Source of the DNA: Eledone cirrhosa
Taxonomy: Eukaryota
Assembly: GCA_964016885.1 (NCBI GenBank)
Contig: OZ024754.1
Span: 22,940,001 to 23,004,000, forward strand
DNA length: 64,000 nt
Direction of reading: 5' to 3'
Shown here: in pieces, positions 43,709-57,784 of the stretch
Position numbering within the stretch: position 1 is the stretch's first letter
Layout: every line of letters starts with the position of its first letter
Position numbers and translations under genes: made by a program
Notes under the pieces: model-generated
The model's input: the letters and a program-made list of their open reading frames with translations, nothing else
Databases searched by the model: none
Told to the model about the DNA's origin: nothing

Positions 43709-43935
43709 AATAGAACAGGTGATTATTTAAATCGTTTTTTAATTTATTTAGAGAATTGTTTGATAACCGCTTGCTCCGCTATTTTTATATTGTTCTGGTA
43801 TCTCAAATTAGTACCATCGAACCACACATTTTATAAACACCTTGCATATTTCTACAAGTACATAGTGCCTGTTGAAGTATTCATCCACTTTTATATTTTA
43901 TATATATGTATATATATATATACATATATTATATA

Positions 43936-43975
<40 letters not shown>

Positions 43976-44390
43976 TTATATATATATGTATATATATTAT
44001 ATATATATATACATATATTATATATATATGTATATATATATATATACATATATTATATATATATATGTATATATATATACATATATTATATATATATATA
44101 TGTATATGTGTGTATATATGTATATGTATATGTATATATATATGTATATGTATATATATGTATATGTATATATATATGTATATGTATATATATATATGTA
44201 TATGTATATATGTATATATATGTATATGTATATATGTATATATGTATATGTATATATGTATATGTATATGTATATATATATATGTATATGTATATATATG
44301 AGTATATGTATATGTATGTATATGTATATGTATATATATATATGTATATGTATATATATATGTATATATATGTATATGTATATATATATG

Positions 44391-44421
<31 letters not shown>

Positions 44422-44724
44422 TAGAAAGTGAGGTTTTTTTTACAAAATGAGAAATATATGTATATATATATGTATATGTATATATATGTATATGTATATA
44501 TATATGTATATGTATATATATATATATGTATATGTATATATGTATATATATATGTATATGTATATATGTATATATGTATATGTATATATGTATATGTATA
44601 TATGTATATGTATATATGTATATGTATATATATGAGTATATGTATATGTATGTATATGTATATGTATATATATATATGTATATGTATATATATATGTATA
44701 TATATGTATATGTATATATATATG

Positions 44725-44755
<31 letters not shown>

Positions 44756-44822
44756 TAGAAAGTGAGGTTTTTTTTACAAAATGAGAAATAACCGAGGTGT
44801 CCTACACGAGTGAAAGTATAAA

Positions 44823-45107
44823 GAAAAAGAGATGAAATCGAAAATGCAACTGGAGTCTTATTTAAAAAAAAAATATATATATTTATTTGGTTCCTTTACC
44901 GGTTTCACAGTTCTTCTGCTTTTCAAAAGGTGAGTTGAGATGGAGGGTCTGTGGTTTTTCTCACATCTGAAAAACCACAGACCCTCCATCTCAACTCACC
45001 TTTTGAAAAGCAGAAGAACTGCGAAACCGGTAAAGGAACCAAATAAATATATATATTTAAAAAAAAAATAAGACTCCAGTTGCATTTTCGATTTCCTCTC
45101 TTTTTCT
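44823..45107. repeat. Palindrome (~140-bp arms, centre ~44964) carrying two U3/A8 hammerheads
   Basis: ...GGGTCTGTGGTTTTTC TCACATCT GAAAAACCACAGACCC... Confidence 0.9.
44999..45036 (+). ncRNA. Minimal hammerhead with C3U/G8A core (mirror copy 44893-44930, -)
   Basis: CCTT-TTGAAAA-GCAG AAGAA CTGC-GAAA-CCGG-TA-AAGG. Confidence 0.75.
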
Positions 45108-45134
45108 GTATATATATATATATATATACATATA

Positions 45135-45253
<119 letters not shown>

Positions 45254-45282
45254 GTATATATATATGTATATATATATATATG

Positions 45283-45401
<119 letters not shown>

Positions 45402-45450
45402 ATGTATATATATATATGTATATATATATATGTATATTTATATATATATG

Positions 45451-45501
<51 letters not shown>

Positions 45502-45850
45502 GTATATGAATATATATATATGTATATATATATATGAAGGCGGACAGTACCTGATTTTGGAGTCGCAGAAACCAATACTGGATTTTACCATCAGTCCAGG
45601 GTCCGGGTAAATTATCAACACATATATTTTTATTGTTTGACCCCAATTACTTGGTCGTTTGTTTTGGCTGTTCGGATGATCTGTTTAACCATCATTTCAG
45701 TGTGTTTGGCCCTTAACGTATGTTGTAGCTCTGATTCACATGAATCATCGAGCGCTTGCCACACATATCGGACGTTGATTTTCGTTAATTCCTGAGCTGA
45801 AATACGATTCTCGCTAATTTATATTTATATTTATATATGTATATGTATAC

Positions 45851-45932
<82 letters not shown>

Positions 45933-46142
45933 TTATATGTAAATATATATATATGTATATATATATGTATATATATATGTATATATATATATGTATATAT
46001 ATATATGTATATATATATGTATATATATATATATATGTATATATATATGTATATGTATATATATATATGTATATATGTATATATATATGTATATATATAT
46101 GTATATATATATGTATGTATATATGTATATATATATATGTAT

Positions 46143-46188
<46 letters not shown>

Positions 46189-48201
46189 GTATATATATAT
46201 ATATATATGTATATGTATATATATATATATTTATATGTATATATATATAAGTATATATATGTGTATATATATATATATATGTATATATATGTATATAAAT
46301 GTATATATATATATGTATATATATATGTATATGTATATATATATACAAAAGTTTTATTTAAAATTGTTGGGTTACAACAAGTAAATATTTTATAACTGAT
46401 ATAAAGCACTCGACAAGTTTTTGGAGTAGATATACGATATTAAACAAATGGAAACTATATTTATAAAACCATATTTATTTCATTATACATATTTCGGGGA
46501 TACCATATTAAAAATATGGCATGCCTTCGTCAGATAAAATACAATATATAAACAGTTTTATAAATAATTTTGACCTACCATAAATAGGAGCTACCATTAT
46601 GTCGGAAGCTGGTTTGGTAGTGAAATGTTTACAAATATTTAGTGTTAAGCACAGTTAAAAAGAAGGACGGAGAAAAAGAAGAAATGTATGCAAAGAAAAA
46701 CAGAGAGAAAAAGAGAGAGATAGGGGAGAGAGAAATAGGGAGGAGGTGAAAAAAGAGAGGCAACCGAAGGCAACAGATGAATAATAATAATTCATCATAC
46801 AAATTGAGAGATTTAAGAGGGAGGGAGTACTGTAATTATTTATTTAGTTATAGTGTTAAGGACGGTTAAAGAGGAGACGGAGAGAAATACAAAATGGAGA
46901 TGAAGAGAAAACAGAGAGAGAGAGATAGAGGTGGGGGGAAAAAAGAAAGAGGGAGATCAAATAATAATAATTATATAGGGGGAGGTGAAAATCAAGAGAG
47001 AAATCAGAGAGGCAAAGTCAAAACAACAGATACATAAACTTCATCATATATAAAGAGAGAGGAGAAGAAAGAGCTATATCTAGAGAGAGGGATGATAGAT
47101 TTACATCTTTACGTTATGTCCTATCAATTTGAATTATCAATTCATATGAACTGGGTAATATAATGTAAATATCAATATTCATGAATGAGACATAGATATA
47201 TAATGTGTGAAAATACTTTTGCTCAATAATGACCATATGTTTAGTTTAAAACTCTGAGGTCGATGTACCAAAAACTGAGATAAATCTTCAAAAAATTACC
47301 CTATTTATAAAAACACGGAAATATATAAGTATATACATACACATGCATATGCACTTTCTGGAAAAGGAAAGAAAAAGAGAAAGAGAAAGTCATGTCAAGT
47401 TCTAGTTGATATTATAGACATACCATGACTTTACGTGATCAACTCCGTAATTTCTTGTTTCACAAAAAAAAAAAAAAAAAAAAAAAAAATGTTTTCCCTT
47501 GTGTTATAAAAGATTTCACTATATATATATACATAAAAAAAATAAACGATTAATATTCATGCTCTCACATACACGATTATCGTTTGTGTATAGAATATTA
47601 TGCATATCTGTAACATATACAGAACTATACCCACACATACATATAGATATATATGCATGCACACATACAGGTACATGGACAGATAAAATATGTAATCATT
47701 CCATATGCATATTAATACATATAGCCTTTGTACAGAGACAACCAGATATCAATATATCAGCACAGAAATATCAAAACGTTAAAGTATTTTCATCACTCTC
47801 TAAGGTAATTCAGGCCACAAAAACACAGTATACTTCTTATATTTACCACAGAGATCTACCCTTCCAATTTATCAGACGATATATTGCCAAGTTCATTAGA
47901 AGCAATCAGAATCAAAATCAGAAAGCAAACAAAAAACCAAAAATTATTTAACAAAAATTATTTAGCAAAAATAATTTAAAGGATTTAGGAGACCCTGTGG
48001 TTCTACGGATGCTCTTATATTTAGTATAGAAATTTATCTTGCGTAAAATTTATTTAATACATTGGGAGCATCTACATTTTAGAGTAGTTTAATTACATCA
48101 TTAGTTTATATTTATGAAGAAGGTTTAAAAGAAAAAGTTGAAGGAATCGAAAGATTTATCGTCAGGTTTCATACATTAATTAAATTTCTTAATTAATTAT
48201 A

Positions 48202-48864
48202 CTACATTTTAAATTTATATTTATATTTAAACGTTGAGTTCAATCTATGTCTGCAGCAACTGAATAAATTGCTCCTTAAATTAAAGGAATTTTTGGATTT
48301 TAATATAAAGAACATCTCCTCCATACAGAGGTCACATGTCTCAGATGAGGAATTAAAAGGAATCCCTCTTGAGACAATATTCCAAAACATCGAATACCCA
48401 ACGTTATCACGCTTAAGTTGCCAGAGTAAGCCTGATAGTGAGGTTGAAGATTTTTTGTTTGGATCTGTGAAAGAATTCTTATGATTATTGTAGCGAAGTT
48501 TAAATTCTGTCGAGGTGGAACCAACATAGTTGAAAGAATTTAAGTTAGTTTTAACATTACAATTGTATATTATATTTTTAACTAAGCAATTGTTATTTAA
48601 CGGACATTTAGATTTATTTCTACAGTTACAGTTGTTTAATTGAATATTGTTTGGGTTATTATTGGTATTTTGGTTAGGTTTTAAATTCCTATTATTTATT
48701 CTGTTAATATTTTGTGCTAAATTTTTGGTGGACGAGTAAGTTAATTTTATAGTATGTCTATTAAAAATTGAGTGATATTTATGTGTTCTAGGGAAGCGTT
48801 TGTCAAGAGCATTAAAAAATAGTTTAGCAATGTGGGTTTTAATATTTAGTGAGAAAGGGGGCAA
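48202..48864 (-). pseudogene. Penelope-like C-terminal linker + GIY-YIG endonuclease
   Basis: PPFS, CNCRNKSKCPLNNNCL, IIY...YVGST...FKLRYNNH, CDLCMEE, CCRH. Upstream NYVNFNSNHPRS remnant is frameshifted. Confidence 0.88.
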
Positions 48865-50318
48865 ACCATATTATATTTCTAGTTCTATTTCTTTTCCGGC
48901 TTTTGGAATTATTGTAATGTTTTTCATTATAGTTGTTAATGTTGTTACCGTAATTAAAATTGTTATTATTTTGGTTAGTTTGCCTATTATTATCGATGTA
49001 CTTAATTTTATCACTATATCCTGCTCTAGCTAACGCTTCATTGTAATACTGCGCTTTTTCGTCGAAAATACTTTTATTAGATGAAATTCTTGAGATTCAT
49101 TCTTGAACAGAGTTCACTATAGCAGATCTGGGGTGATTAGAGTTCACTTTAACAGATCTGGGGTGATTAGAGTTAAAATTGACATAATTCAAGTTTTCTG
49201 TGCATGTGCATGCATATATATCTATATGTATGTGTGGGTATAGTTCTGTATATGTTACAGATATGCATAATATTCTATACACGAACGATAATCGTGTATG
49301 TGAGAGCATGAATATTAATCGTTTATTTTTTTAATGTATATATATATAGTGAAATCTTTTATAACACAAGGGAAAACATTTTTTTTTTTTTTTTTGTGAA
49401 ACAAGAAATTACAGAGTTGATCACGTAAAGTCATGGTATGTCTATAATATCAACTAGAACTTGACATGACTTTCTCTTTCTCTTTTTCTTTCCTTTTCCA
49501 GAAAGTGCATATGCATGTGTATGTATATACTTATATATTTCCGTATTTTTATAAATAGGGTAATTTTTTGAAGATTTATCTCAGTTTTTGGTACATCGAC
49601 CTCAGAGTTTTAAACTAAACATATGGTCATTATTGAGCAAAAGTATTTTCACACATTATATATCTATGTCTCATTCATGAATATTGATATTTACATTATA
49701 TTACCCAGTTCATATGAATTGATAATTCAAATTGATAGGACATAACGTAAAGATGTAAATCTATCATCCCTCTCTCTAGATATAGCTCTTTCTTCTCCTC
49801 TCTCTTTATATATGATGAAGTTTATGTATCTGTTGTTTTGACTTTGTCTCTCTGATTTCTCTCTTGATTTTCACCTCCCCCTATATAATTATTATTATTT
49901 GATCTCCCTCTTTCTTTTTTCCCCCCACCTCTATCTCTCTCTCTCTGTTTTCTCTTCATCTCCATTTTTTATTTCTCTCCGTCTCCTCTCTAACCGTCCT
50001 TAACACTATAACTAAATAAATAATTACAGTACTCCCTCCCTCTTAAATCTCTCAATTTGTATGATGAATTATTATTATTCATCTGTTGCCTTCGGTTGCC
50101 TCTCTTTTTTCACCTCCTCCCTATTTCTCTCTCCCCTATCTCTCTCTTTTTCTCTCTGTTTTTCTTTGCATACATTTCTTCTTTTTCTCCGTCCTTCTTT
50201 TTAACTGTGCTTAACACTAAATATTTGTAAACATTTCACTACCAAACCAGCTTCCGACATAATGGTAGCTCCTATTTATGGTAGGTCAAAATTATTTATA
50301 AAACTGTTTATATATTGT

Positions 50319-50382
50319 ATTTTATCTGACGAAGGCATGCCATATTTTTAATATGGTATCCCCGAAATATGTATAATGAAAT
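50319..50382 (+). ncRNA. Hammerhead motif (family A) in pseudo-LTR; mirror copy 46477-46540(-)
   Basis: ATTTTAT-CTGACGA-AGGC ATGCCATAT..ATATGGTAT CCCC-GAAA-TATGTA-TA-ATGAAAT. Confidence 0.72.
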
Positions 50383-50462
50383 AAATATGGTTTTATAAAT
50401 ATAGTTTCCATTTGTTTAATATTGTATATATATATATATTTATATGTATATATATATATATG

Positions 50463-50494
<32 letters not shown>

Positions 50495-50697
50495 TGTATA
50501 TATATGTATATATATATGTATATATATATATGTATATATATATATATTGTTATGCTTTGGGATGGTCATGTTGCCAATAAGAAACACACACACCAGTTGC
50601 TTTCACTTCAATTTATTATAATAAATTTATAAATTTAGGAATTTATAATTTTCAGGTTGGTTGGTTGGTTCCACAACCAGATGATTGTTTATATATG

Positions 50698-50740
50698 GTC
50701 AAAGTTCTTTCGTCACACATTCTGTGACCTCCTCAGTGAC
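50698..50740 (-). ncRNA. Minimal hammerhead motif
   Basis: GTCA-CTGAGGA-G GTCACA GAATG TGTGAC-GAAA-GAAC-TT-TGAC. Confidence 0.7.
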
Positions 50741-50847
50741 TGAGGATTCTTTTCTTTGTTTTTGTGCCTCTCCTTTGTTCTGTCCTACGCCATCTTGTTT
50801 TTGTGTGTGTGTTGTGTATTTAGTTTGCGCATGTGTTACATCCGGGT

Positions 50848-51176
50848 GTCTGTGTGTGTTTATATTCCTTTATTTATTTGTTTATTTACATGTTACTGGT
50901 TGGTTGTTTGTTCTATGTGCGTGTGTGTTTCCATTTTGTCCTTAATTGTAAGTTGTGATGTTACTGTTCCATTCATGTTTTCTCTTTAAATTAAATTAAA
51001 AATTAAATTTAATTAAATTAAATTAAAAATTAAATTAAATAGAAAACATGAATGGAACAGCAACATCACAACTTACAATTAAGGACAAAATGAAAACACA
51101 CACGCACATAGAACAAACAACCAACCAGTGACATGTAAATAAACAAATAAATAAACGAATATAAACACACACAGAC
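50848..51176. repeat. Inverted duplication (~135-bp arms) around an (AAATT)n spacer
   Basis: 50848-50982 is the reverse complement of 51041-51176 with few mismatches. Confidence 0.85.
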
Positions 51177-51756
51177 AGCCGAGGAGGTCCTCTGTACAGT
51201 CACATACATCTGGGGACAACTTGATTATGGGGCGTATAACGTCTGTATACATATATGTATGTACGTGTACATACTTATATTTAAGTAACAGCCATACTAA
51301 GAGTGGGAAATGAAATTTCGTTTCATTTTTCCGTTTATCGTTTTCGGTGCAACCGGCCGATTAACCCACTCGATATGCAAATTGGGCTACTCAGCCATTA
51401 ATATGCATAAGGTAAGTATATACGTTCAACAATCTGGCAGGAAGGTATACGTTGCTTACGATAGCTAATAAGCTTGAAACTAGTACAGCGTTCCTTTGTC
51501 AGTGTTGAACAAACGAGCAACGATGGTTACTAGACACTACGGCTTAATACGGGATGTTTGTTTACAAACACACCGAGCATTATAATAAATGTTCGGTGAA
51601 TCCATACGTACATATATATATATGTGTGCATGTATGTATATATATATACATACTACTGTACGTCTGTATACATATATGTATATACGTGTACATACTTATA
51701 TTTATGTATATATATATATATATGTATATATATATGTATATATGTATATATATATG

Positions 51757-51787
<31 letters not shown>

Positions 51788-51874
51788 GTATATATATATG
51801 TATATATATATATATCTATATATATATGTATATATATCTATATGTATATATATATATATGTATATATATATATG

Positions 51875-51906
<32 letters not shown>

Positions 51907-51926
51907 TATGTCTATATATATATATG

Positions 51927-51957
<31 letters not shown>

Positions 51958-51990
51958 GTATATGTATATATATATATATTTATATATATG

Positions 51991-52037
<47 letters not shown>

Positions 52038-52232
52038 GTATATATATATGTATATATATATGTATAAATATATGTATATATGTATATATATATATGTATA
52101 TATATGTAGATAAATCTACCAAGAGTTTACGGTATAACACATATATATCCTAGAAACGATCGTTAAATAATGAACTTTTTTTGTTTAATATAAGGAACTG
52201 TTTCATTGTTTATTCATTATTTGTTTAATATT

Positions 52233-52285
<53 letters not shown>

Positions 52286-52371
52286 CATATATATATACAT
52301 ATATATATACATATATACATATATTTATACATATATATATACATATATATATAAATATATGTATACATATA

Positions 52372-52405
<34 letters not shown>

Positions 52406-52500
52406 CATATATATAAATATATATACATGTATATATATACATATATATATATATACATATATGTATATACATATATATATATATATACATATATATATAC

Positions 52501-52584
<84 letters not shown>

Positions 52585-52635
52585 ATATATATAAGTATAT
52601 ATATATGTAATGTATATTTATATATATGTATATAT

Positions 52636-55600
52636 TTAAGGCGGGTAAAATTCCCGAGATCCATGGACGATATCTCGCCAGCGGTCTCTGTCCCTCATTA
52701 TCGCTGCCACATCCTGCATCTCCAACAGACCAGTGTCTGTCCTTAGGGCATCAACATATGTTAACCTTGGTCTTCCTCTTCTAGTGTGTCCATGTAGGGG
52801 CTCCCAAAGGAGCACTGAGTGCAATGTCAACTCTGGATGTCGGTGAGCATGTCCAGCCAACCTCAGTCTCCTCTGTGTCACTTTTGAGCTGACTTTTGGG
52901 ATGCTCCCATACAGCTCTGAGTTTTTCATCCTCAGTGTATACTGATTAATGTTCAGAGCCATCCTCAGCATTCTCGTGTAGCACCCATCCACCATCTGAG
53001 TGAGTCTATTGGTCAGTGTCCAAGTCTCAGACCCATACAGCAGCACAGACTCCACTACAACAATGAAGAGGCGGATTTTCAGGTCTCTACGAAGGTCCGA
53101 CTTCTACACCGATCTCAAGCTGTGACACGCCGCCCAGGCCTTGCTCTTTCTCTCAACCACACCATCTTCCGTATTCCAAATCTTTGCTCCCAAATACAGG
53201 AAGTCCTCAACCAATTCCAGCGGCTTCCCGCCTACATTAGTGATCCCCTCTGGCTTCTCAACATTCTCTACCAGATATTTTGTTTTAGTCTCATTCATTC
53301 TCAGCCCCACACTCATCGACACAGTCTCAACCTCCCACATCAAATCCTCTGCCTCCTTCACTGTATTTGTCACCAAAACTATGTCGTCGGCAAATTCAGC
53401 ATCCGATACCTTTTTCGCCCCAACTCTCCTGCTCTGAGCCGGTGCTACAGTAAAGCGAGAGTCCTGGTGTTTCTCCAGTGCAAGGCGCATACAATAGTCC
53501 ACTACGATGACAAAAAGGTAGGGAGCCAATGTATCTCCCTGGAGCACTCCAGCCAGTATCTCAAAGAACTCTGTCATCCCATCAGGTGTAATGACTTGGG
53601 CTTTGGTGTTGGTGTAGAGCAGTGATATCAGGTCCACTATCCTCTTGGGGATTCCATAAGCCTGTAAGATTTTCATCAGGCAGTAACGATCCACAGAATC
53701 AAAGGCCTTCCCAAAGTCAATGAAAACCATGACCGCAGGAAGGCACTTTGCTCTAGCTCCCTCTAATATCCTCCTCAGCATCAGGATGTGACTGGTGGTT
53801 GATCTACCCTCTCTGAAGCCGTTCTGGTTGTCCCTGAGCTTCTCCATCTCAGGCTGGATCCTGTTAAGAATCATCCTGTTGAGGGTCTTTGCCACAAGTG
53901 ACATCAGTGAGATCCCCCGGTAGTTGTTGGTGTTAGAGAGATCTCCCTTCTTTGGCACTGGGACGATGTTACTGATCCTCCACTGATTCGGGGCAACTCC
54001 TTTCTCCAGTGCCCCGTTACAGAACCCCAGGATGATATCATCAAAATCACACCTCTTCATCACCTCTGATGCCACTCCATCTTCTCCATGAGCCTTGCCC
54101 TCCTTGATCTTCTTCTTGGTTCTCTGAAGCTCCTCTCTGGTGAAGGGCTCTGTCTCAACATCCAGTTCCTCAAACAGCCGCCTGATCTCCCCAGTGCTCT
54201 GGGCTGTGGAGGGTGGCTCTCCTAGTAGGGTCCTAAAATGGTCTAGCCATTTCCTCTTCCTATCCTCGGGCCCCGTTCCCTGGATCTGACTCGAACACCT
54301 TTTCTTCCTCCCTGTGATCTCGTTGATGATCATCCAGCTCTCCTTACATCCAGATCTGTCAACCGCTCTCTCCACACTTCTGATCTTCTCTATCAGTGCC
54401 TCCTCTCTGACCTCAGTGTAAGCGGTACAGAGCTCTTCCCTCATCACCTCCACAGTCTCCATCCTCTCCTCCGTAGGATCAGCATAGAATTGGTCCCTGG
54501 CAGCTTTCAGGTGTTCTCTGGCTGCACACACTTTTGGGTTTGCAGAGCTGACGTGCTTCCCTTTGTTCTTTTTCCTCGGCACCAGGGTTTCACTTGCTTT
54601 CGCCACTGCATTGGTGAAGTGCCCGTACCTCCTCGTCACACTCTCCTCAGTCCATCCAATCTCTCTCTCCTCTGACTCTCCACACAGAGCACTAAACCTG
54701 TTTCTCACTTCCACTGTGAACCTCTCCTGTAGCTTATCATCTTCCTTGAAAGCTCCCCAGTCATAGATTGTTCTCCGGGGCTGAGCCTTGCTCTTTCTTA
54801 AGCTCACGCGAACCTCACTCATAACAAGCCGGTGGTCACTACCCAGTGTACTGAAATAGCTGTATGGTTCCGTGTTCAGAACACTATTCCGCCACTTTTT
54901 CCTCACCAGAATGAAATCAATCTGGGACTTGGACAGGTGCATATCTGAGATGTAGGTCCACATCTTCCCCAGATTCTTCCTAAACCCTAGATTGGTCGCC
55001 ATCAAGTTCGCCTCCAGCAGGGTGTCTCTCAGTAGTCTTCCATTTCGGTTGGTGTTGTTATGGAAGTACCAGCAAGGATCTTCACTGCCCTCCTTACTCA
55101 GATGTGCATTGAAGTCCCCCAAAACAAGCAGGATATTGTGTGCCTGAGTGGTGTTGACAGCTCTACACACCTCCTCATGGAACTCCTCGGCATTCACATC
55201 ACTGTCCCCCTCGGTTGGACTATAGGCTGAGATGACTGTCAGTCTTAGGTTTCCATTGAAGGTCACCCTCAACACTCGCGGGGAGATAGGCATTATTTCC
55301 CTCACCAACAGATTGGTTTTTGCACTGAACACAAAACCCACTCCTCCTACTGCAGCATTTGTTGTGTTCTTCACTGCCGATGTAGTGATGAGCTAGCTCT
55401 TCCTCCCGATCATCACACTCCTCACGGGCTCATCGTGTAGAATCCTGAGTTCTTGGATCGCAAGTATCTGTATACCACTCTCCTCGAACAGATGTCCCAA
55501 CTCCTCTCTCTTCTCCAACATTCGAATAGTCCTCACATTCAAAGTGCCCATTTTGATGGCTCTTCTGCAGTACAAAACTGCATTCTTTATATTTGTCTCA

Positions 55601-55790
55601 GAGACAGCTGATCCATCATCCACTGGCCCTCTCTGTGGCTCTAAGCCAGCAGAGTCATAACGACCAGGCTGCTCCTTGACAGTGTAATTAGGGGCTCTAG
55701 CCCTAGTGCTGTTAGATTGACTCTCCATATTTCTTTTCAATGGCTGACAATACCTTACCGGCGCCAACGAATAAGGTAGTTATTTAACCC
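52636..55790 (-). mobile_element. RTE-clade LINE, near full-length single ORF (APE + RT) broken by two in-frame stops
   Basis: GTLNVRT, AIQE, SAYSPT, LGDFNA, QIDFIL, SDH; NYRGISL, QNGFR, GVLQGDTLAPYLF, FADD, FLYLG, LLYGSETW, GRPRLTY. The three track ORFs share one frame, separated by TAG at 55393-95 and 53104-06. Confidence 0.95.
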
Positions 55791-56072
55791 ATAAATGGAG
55801 CCCTAACAGGTACTACCACCCCGGGCCAGGGCAGACCTGGGAGTCATGACAACTAAGGGGTAACTCCACATTCCCCACATCTCCTGAACTCCCGAACTGG
55901 AGCCTTGCCACTGGATGTAGTTTAATGTCATACAAAGGACATATATGTATATATATATGTATATATATATGTATATATGTATATATATATATGTATATAT
56001 ATATGTATATATATACATGTATATATATATATGTATATATGTATATTTATATATATGTATGTTTATATATAT

Positions 56073-56662
56073 GCTACTGGTAACATGTATCCCAGTACAA
56101 CCTGTCTCATGGTCGGATCGTTGGCGACTAAACTGGCAACCCCACCAAGGTTTCTTGGTGAGGAGGGTGACTTTGGACATCCTGCAGGACTAAAAACAAA
56201 ACGTGTCAAAGGGCAAAGGAGCTCTTAAGAGTCAATGGCCATCCAAAATCACATAGAGAGATGACCCCTTAGCCTTTGTCAAGGCAGAATTCTAGGAGGA
56301 GGAAAACTCTGATATAACACCTGCAACTCTGATGGTATCCAATGATGTTGACTTGTTCTTCTTTTTGGTAAATATCATCTTGGTTAAGAGAGTGGGACTG
56401 GCTTTGTGCAGTGCCTTTGCTCACTATAAAAGCTTTACGGCACAGGCATTTTTTTATATCTGGAGATCTCTCTGCACTTATCATCATATGGTATCATGGG
56501 CCCAGCACTATGTGTCAATATTTGTCACAATGGTAGTGTTTATACCAGAGTTTTCAAGTCGCTGGCTGGACTAAAAAGTCACTCTCGTTCAGCGCATCGG
56601 TAGGAGTTCTCCTACATGGATATCTAGTAGTGGCCGTACTCGAAAACGAGTTGGCAGCCACC
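56073..56662. repeat. Unclassified interspersed repeat; its 3' part (~56489-56662) also occurs at ~40530-40691
   Basis: Shared CCAGAGTTTTCAAGTCGCTGGCTGGACTAAAAAGTCAC...GAAAACGAGTTGGCAGCCACC, both abutting (TA)n. Confidence 0.6.
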
Positions 56663-56861
56663 ATATATATATGTATATATGTATATATATATGTATGTAT
56701 ATATATATGTATGTATCTATATATATATATATGTATATATATATGTATGTATGTATATATATTTATGTATATATGTATATATATGTATGTATGTATGTAT
56801 ATATATATATGTATGTATGTATATATATGTATGTATGTATATATATATATATGTATATATG

Positions 56862-56906
<45 letters not shown>

Positions 56907-56965
56907 GTATATATATATGTATGTATATATATATATATGTATATATATATATGTATGTATGTATG

Positions 56966-57000
<35 letters not shown>

Positions 57001-57009
57001 GTATGTATG

Positions 57010-57041
<32 letters not shown>

Positions 57042-57047
57042 TTTATG

Positions 57048-57082
<35 letters not shown>

Positions 57083-57439
57083 GTATGTATATATATATAT
57101 ATATATGTATATATATGTATGTATATATATATGTATATATATGTATGTATACATATATATATATATGTATATATATGTATGTTCCTGATTATTACTAGAA
57201 ATTCTATAAGAATCAAACATTCATGATTTTCAGCAAACAGGTGGGGTACTTGGCGTTGAAAAGTACCAATCAGTACGAAACATAGCTCTGTCAGCTTTAT
57301 CTCCCCATGTTTGCTGAAAATTTAAAGTAAGTGAGACTGTCACTACTCTAAAACAATAGCATAAGGTCTTCGAAATGTTTTTCATTAAGCAGACAATGTA
57401 TTGCAAAATACACTATATATATACATTCATATATATATG

Positions 57440-57492
<53 letters not shown>

Positions 57493-57597
57493 GTATATAT
57501 ATGTATATATATATGTGTGTATATGTATATGTATATGTATATATATATATATATGTATATATGTATATATGTATATATGTAAATGTATATATATATG

Positions 57598-57632
<35 letters not shown>

Positions 57633-57653
57633 GTATATATCTATATATATATG

Positions 57654-57784
<131 letters not shown>

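Larger units (their letters stand above)
42829..43895. mobile_element. Retrozyme-like 468-bp monomer: inverted permuted copy (42829-43277) plus ~1.3 tandem copies (43278-43895)
   Basis: TAGAGAATTG recurs at 43281 and 43749. The left arm is the reverse complement of ~43338-43788. One hammerhead per monomer; no ORF. Confidence 0.8.
46345..50428 (-). mobile_element. 5'-truncated Penelope-like (Naiad-type) element with 1.23-kb inverted pseudo-LTRs
   Basis: 46431-47663 is inverted relative to 49205-50428. The spacer holds the RT-thumb and GIY-YIG ORF. Hammerheads at 46477-46540(-) and 50319-50382(+). Confidence 0.88.

Noticed and set aside
48202-48864. Selenoprotein-type Naiad
   Set aside because: No in-frame TGA at conserved Cys positions and no SECIS recognisable by eye.
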